Positions 58,912 through 64,000 of a stretch of DNA of 64,000 bases are shown here, one piece after another (position 1 is the first letter of the stretch; every line of letters starts with the position of its first letter). The stretch is from Leptogorgia sarmentosa (lineage: Eukaryota). Both the position numbers and the translations under genes were made by a program. The notes under the pieces were generated by a model, which saw nothing but the letters and a program-made list of their open reading frames with translations, searched no databases and was not told the DNA's origin. The stretch covers positions 18,290,001 to 18,354,000 of the forward strand of contig OZ210885.1 in the NCBI GenBank assembly GCA_964658305.1, in the 5' to 3' direction.

Positions 58912-59309
58912 TGTAAAGTTTAGCTCATAACGACCAAATGTAAGGCTTAATACATTTCTTAAAAACGACGTCAGATCGTTATATCAGAGATCATTACATA
59001 TACACCAATAAAGCCCTCTCACTCGGTTTATAATTAGTGCATAAAAGAATGTTCGAGATATGTGTTTGAGATTCCAATTCAGTTAAGAGCTACTAATTCA
59101 TTTTCATTTGTAACTAAATGATAAAATCAAAATACTTTGTATTTGCCATTCAAATCTGGCTTTATTTATTTGATATAAAACACTTAAGTATTTTTTTGTT
59201 GCAAAAATCCTTTAGTTTTCTTCAGAATTTTAACCTAAAACTTTGGATTTAGCTGATGATGGAGTAAATGCCAAAACATCGTTTTGGTCGTTATGAGCTG
59301 AACTTTGCA
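58912..59309. mobile_element. MITE of about 400 bp with ~27-bp TIRs
   Basis: TGTAAAGTTTAGCTCATAACGACCAAA ... TTTGGTCGTTATGAGCTGAACTTTGCA. Confidence 0.7.
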
Positions 59310-59318
59310 CTATATTAA

Positions 59319-62300
59319 AGGTGGGTTACAGTCCCTTCTGCGCATGTGCGATGAGTTTGTTATGAGTAGACTACTCATGTTACAATCATAACAAGTTCCC
59401 AGTCCTACAGAGTAATAACAACACGCGCGGCCGCCTAATGTTTTCACTGCCGTGGGCTGCAAGGAGCGATGGCTGATTCAGGCGCGTCAAGTTCCGCAAA
59501 AAGCCCTTCGAATACTAAGCGTCGTTGCAGATCTGACGCTAGAAAGGTATATGACAAGAAAAGAGACGCATCTTTTTATTCGATACTTTCGAGAGGTGGA
59601 GAGCGTTCAAAGAAGAACGCAACCTGAAGACTGACCAGAATGTGGCAGATTTTCTTCTCGATAATTACGCACGGAGAAACGCGTTATGGTGAGTGTGTTG
59701 ATAATATAACTAAACCTTTGACGTTTTATGATGATTTTACGCTTTAATGTACTTCCCTTTACATATTTTATATGTTTTAGCAACGTAGAAACTCAAACGG
59801 TGGCGCCAACAACAATGTGGCCTTTGTCTCCACAAGAACAATCAACCCCTGTACACGGCCCAAGAAGCAGCATGTCTTCGCCAGGTAAGGTAACAAACAT
59901 GATTCATTTCTGGATATAATTTTATTTGACATAATAATGATAATATTATACTGTTTCTACTTTGACTCGTATGTAGGTGCCACCTCAACATTGATATGAC
60001 TCTGAGATCAAGTCGACGAAGACTGAACCAGTCTGACTCACAGGCGCAACAAGATACTCCAAGTACATTGTCTTTGAGGTTTGTTTAGCATATCCGCGAT
60101 ACATAATTTCATATCATACATTATTCATTTTTGTATATATATTTTGATGCAGATCCGGTCATTTGGACGGCACTGAAGCGACTTTGACTGCCACTAGCGA
60201 AGGCATAGAAAATTTTGCATCTCCAGGTATACAATATACAAAGCATGATTCAGAGTAATTCTATATCATAACTTAATAGGCCAGTTTTAGACGGCGTGCG
60301 TCAGATGTGCAGAACGTAATGTTATACACTCTTATTCAATATTTTTTATATAGTCACACACTCAACACAAACATTGGCACCTAGTCGAGGAAGGTTTGAC
60401 CAGTCAGTGGAGCAAACAATTCCATCATTATCTTTGAGGTTTGTATATGTCTGTATATGCATTCTTGACATACAACCGTCCATAAATCAGCCATGTTGGT
60501 GGTATGGCACAAAAGAATATCTTGTCAGTGCTATTGTGGGCACCAGCCAGCCTTGGCTAGTATCATTGTCTAGTACGTCCTAAGAGATTGGTTGTCGCAT
60601 GATTACAAGTCAAGAATTGATGACGTGTTTTATACTGGTTTTGTAAAAATATTGTCATTTGTGTAAAAAATAATTTTTAAAGACATTTTTATGATTTCTA
60701 TTTCTATTAGATCTTATCAAAATCCTATGGAAGAAACCTTGACTGCCAGTAGTGGAGATAATGATGATGATGAAGATACCTTGACTGCCAGCAGTGGAGA
60801 TAGTGATGACGATGCTGATAGTGATGATTCAACTGTCCAGCCAGTAAACCCACTATCTCATATTGATGAAACCTCTCAGTGAGTATATATATTGTATATA
60901 AACCATAAATGCAACAAATTTAGATTCTGTTGACTGTAGGTGGGTTGCAATTTGTCGCCTTCTTGGTTGAAATTGTAAAGCATGTGCACAACAGTGCGAG
61001 AATTTTACACAGACACATTTTACCAACGTCAATAATATGTTAGTCATGATACTGCAAGCAGTTCAAAAATATACCAACAAATGGAAAATTAACTGAGTTT
61101 ATGTTTTGTAATTTGTTACAACAATTGTCAACCATGCAGGAGCCCTCTTTTTGTTAGGCCCTCTTTTTGCTTGTGTAGGATGTTACTCATATGTTAGAAC
61201 TTATCTGTATATAAAGTATGTACTGTAAGATTTATATCAATGCTTACTGTGTGTGCAAATGATAAATAATTTAATGCAATTTCAGATTATATCCAGGAGT
61301 TGATGTACCATTGGTAGATGATGTACTTAATACAACAATAAATGGACATGATGGGGAAACCACTGAGCATGACGATGGGAGTTCATCATCAAAGTATATA
61401 CGTACAATGGAAGAGGTTACCCCACAACAAGCCATACTGATGGAAAAGTGCATTGTTTTTACAGACACTCTTATGTCATTGCTCACTGCTTTGCATGGGA
61501 GTGCTTGTAAACGACAAGATTGTGGCCGTCCATTGCAGTATAGCAAGTTCTATGTGGGAACTTGTCTTGTTGTGTCGTGGGCGTGTCAGTCTGGTCATGT
61601 TGGTGGGAGGTGGGCAGCTCAGCCATCTTGCGACAAAATCAGAGCAGGAAATCTCACACTTGCATCAGCTTTACTGTTGTCAGGAAACTCCTACACCAAA
61701 GTAGGGATGATGTTCAACTTCTGCAATCTGCAGTACTTTTCATCAACACTGTTCAATCAGTACCAGCAGTTGTACATCATCCCTGCAATCAATGAGTTCT
61801 GGGAAGAACACAAACAGCAAGTTTGGAGTGATAAACGAGGGAAAGATATTGTGTTGAGCAGTGATGGTAGGAATGATTCTCCAGGTCACTCAGCACAATA
61901 TTGTACCTACAGCCTGGCAGACATGGAGGATGCGTCCATTCTCCAAATGAATGTTGTGGATGTGAGAGAAGCGGCTGGAAAGAGCAACAACATGGAGAGA
62001 GTTGGTTTTGAAAGAGGGATGGATATGTTGCTCACATCACCAATGGTTGTCAAGGAGGTGGTTACTGATGGTCACCTTGAAATTGCAGCTTTGATGAGTA
62101 AGTTTCAAATTAAAAAATGTTATTGACAGTGCATTCAACATGTAACTTTGTTTCCAAAATGCTTACTTTGCCCACAACCTTTCCAAAGGAAACCGAAAGG
62201 GATTTGTATTATTCAGTAGATTTTCACCTATTTTCTGGTAACCCTACTATTAGTTCTGTTGAGTAAAATTGTCTGATCAATAATAAACTGGGAAAGGCAG

Positions 62301-64000
62301 AATTCCAGTCCTTGCACAAACCACCATGCATAGTTGATATTACATTGTGATTGGATTAAAGAAATTTGTAGTGAACTGCAAGGAGCTGTGTGTGAGTACT
62401 GGAATTCTGCCCAAAGATAATAATCTTAGATGAGGTTTGTGCATTTCCCAGAAAATTACTCAGTACTAAGTTAGTATACTAAATTATGTTATGTCCTATG
62501 ATATATTGTAGAAAGGGAAGAAAAGTACAAGAGTGTTGTACATCAAAATGATGTCTGGCATGGTGGGAAAAGCCTTGCAAAGAAAATCAATGCTGTAAGT
62601 ATTTAATTTTAAATGACAAGGCAGAAATACAGCCTACGTTTTGAAATTGGTTATAAAGTATATGGTTATCCAAACAAAATGTTAATGTGTTGACTCAAGT
62701 TATTCAATTCCTTGATAGTGCACCTACAGTGCTATGAAGAGGACCACTTATTGAATTAAGCCAATAAAGTATTGTTTTATTATAAAATAAATGCTTCATT
62801 ATTCAGGCAGCAAAAAAGAAATGCAATGATGATTTGTCACTCTGGGCTCCATCTGTCCGAAATCATTTCTGGCACTGTTCCAAAACCTGCGATAAGGATA
62901 AGAAAAACCTTAAGGCAAGTTTGCCATAAATATTCATGCAAGTACATGTTTTGTGTTTATACTGCAATATTGTAGTATTGTAATATTGTTTAAACTTGTA
63001 TATTGTTGTGTGGTCAGGTTAGATCTCCACATATAATTTGTTATATATGTTTTATTGTTTAATTTAATAGGATAAATGGGTGGGGATATTACATCATGTG
63101 GTCAACGAACATGAATGGGTGTTGGAGGAAGGCATCAATGGGGGAAAATGTGCACATGATCCACTAAGTGAAGAAGAGCGAAGAAAACCGTGGTTGAAGA
63201 AAGACTCTCCTGCACACAAGGCTCTCACCAAGATTGTTCTGGATACTCGTTTTCTGAATACCCTTGGATACTACACCAATTTCAGGTACTGGCACTGATT
63301 TTGCTAGCTTGATAATTTTATGACTATACTACTACATAACCATCTGGTGGAATCTTATGATTGTTTTATTTTCTTAATTTGAAGACATACTGGGTTTCTG
63401 GAATCATTTCACAACCTAATTTTGATGTATGCTCCCAAGCGCCATTCTTTCTCGTAAGTATTACAGTAAAATACCATTGTTTGAACTATAATTATTTGTA
63501 ATTTGCATACTAATACCTGTATCCATACTGTACTGTGTTTGAAAATGTACAGATACACAAAACATGTGAAATGACAAAGCAGTTTTCTCTGCAGATATCC
63601 AGTATACTGTGCCAGAAATCAACTTGCAGCACTAGACCACAACCATCATAAAGGTAGAGCACATGCAACTACAGCTGATGGTCAGCCAAGGTAATGTTAC
63701 CAGTTGTGACTGTAATATAAATTAGACATGTTGCATGGTAATTATATTTTTTTTCGTAATTGGAATTACAGCTGAAATTTTTATTAGGTTTGGACGCAAG
63801 TTCAGTAAACGTACACAACGATGGTGTCATGTTCGTGTTCTGGTGCCAAAACAGTATGCCTACATCCCAGAATTGATGGTAAAGGTGTTTGAAAAGAGGA
63901 TCAGTTCTGAGGGAACAGTAGATCAGAGAATTGGCTTGTCAGGTGAAGATCCGAGAAGAATTGCTCCCAACATTGCTGCTATTCACCCCCCTGATGTGAA
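59319..64000 (+). mobile_element. Kolobok DNA transposon (runs off the window)
   Basis: TTAA|AGGTGGGTTACAG left end, followed by a Kolobok-type transposase. Confidence 0.8.
59469..64000 (+). CDS. Multi-exon Kolobok transposase; apparent frameshift at about 59570 in exon 1
   Basis: Core exons at about 61286-62098, 62511-62594, 62808-62914, 63071-63285, 63385-63453, 63594-63690, 63788-end. Motifs W.AQP...GNL, SDGRNDSPGHSAQYCTY, VTDGH, DVWH, NHFW, LHHVVNEHEW, HTGFLESFHNL, ALDHN. Confidence 0.8.

Noticed and set aside
1..64000. Uni-strand (flamenco-like) orientation bias
   Set aside because: The minus-strand bias applies only to target-specific LINEs. BEL, hAT, IS3EU-like and Kolobok elements are on the plus strand.
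56865..64000. Dada (snRNA-targeting DNA transposon) identity for the DDE genes
   Set aside because: The motifs fit integrase-core and Kolobok types, and no snRNA sequence flanks them.

Overview
This is eukaryotic DNA from an invertebrate animal; a cnidarian-like host is plausible but cannot be proven from the sequence. The backbone is a decaying minus-strand tandem array of U2 and U1 snRNA genes, with a unit of about 1.5 kb (U2 - spacer - U1 - spacer). It has been invaded, always in the snRNA sense orientation, by several site-specific non-LTR retrotransposon families: a Tx1-clade group at U2 nt 22-27, a Tx1 element after U1 nt 17, a third Tx1 family in the spacer, and Utopia-like RLE elements after U2 nt 38. 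One of the latter is an RT-less element with a Utopia-type tail. Only one full-length U1 (53775-53938) survives, and no U2 is intact. Plus-strand BEL/Pao, hAT, IS3EU-like and Kolobok elements, MITEs, a HECT-domain pseudogene and minisatellites are interspersed. Two near-perfect tandem amplifications are present (2 x 2460 bp, 3 x 4882 bp). The most notable unexplained signals are: (1) a U1A/U2B''-type AUUGCAC hairpin in the highly conserved 3' UTR of the U2-targeting Tx1; (2) covarying hairpin arrays in its 5' UTR; (3) a candidate third small RNA gene in the U2-U1 spacer, with a TATA at -31, a closed terminal stem and an ATG|GTAAG donor.
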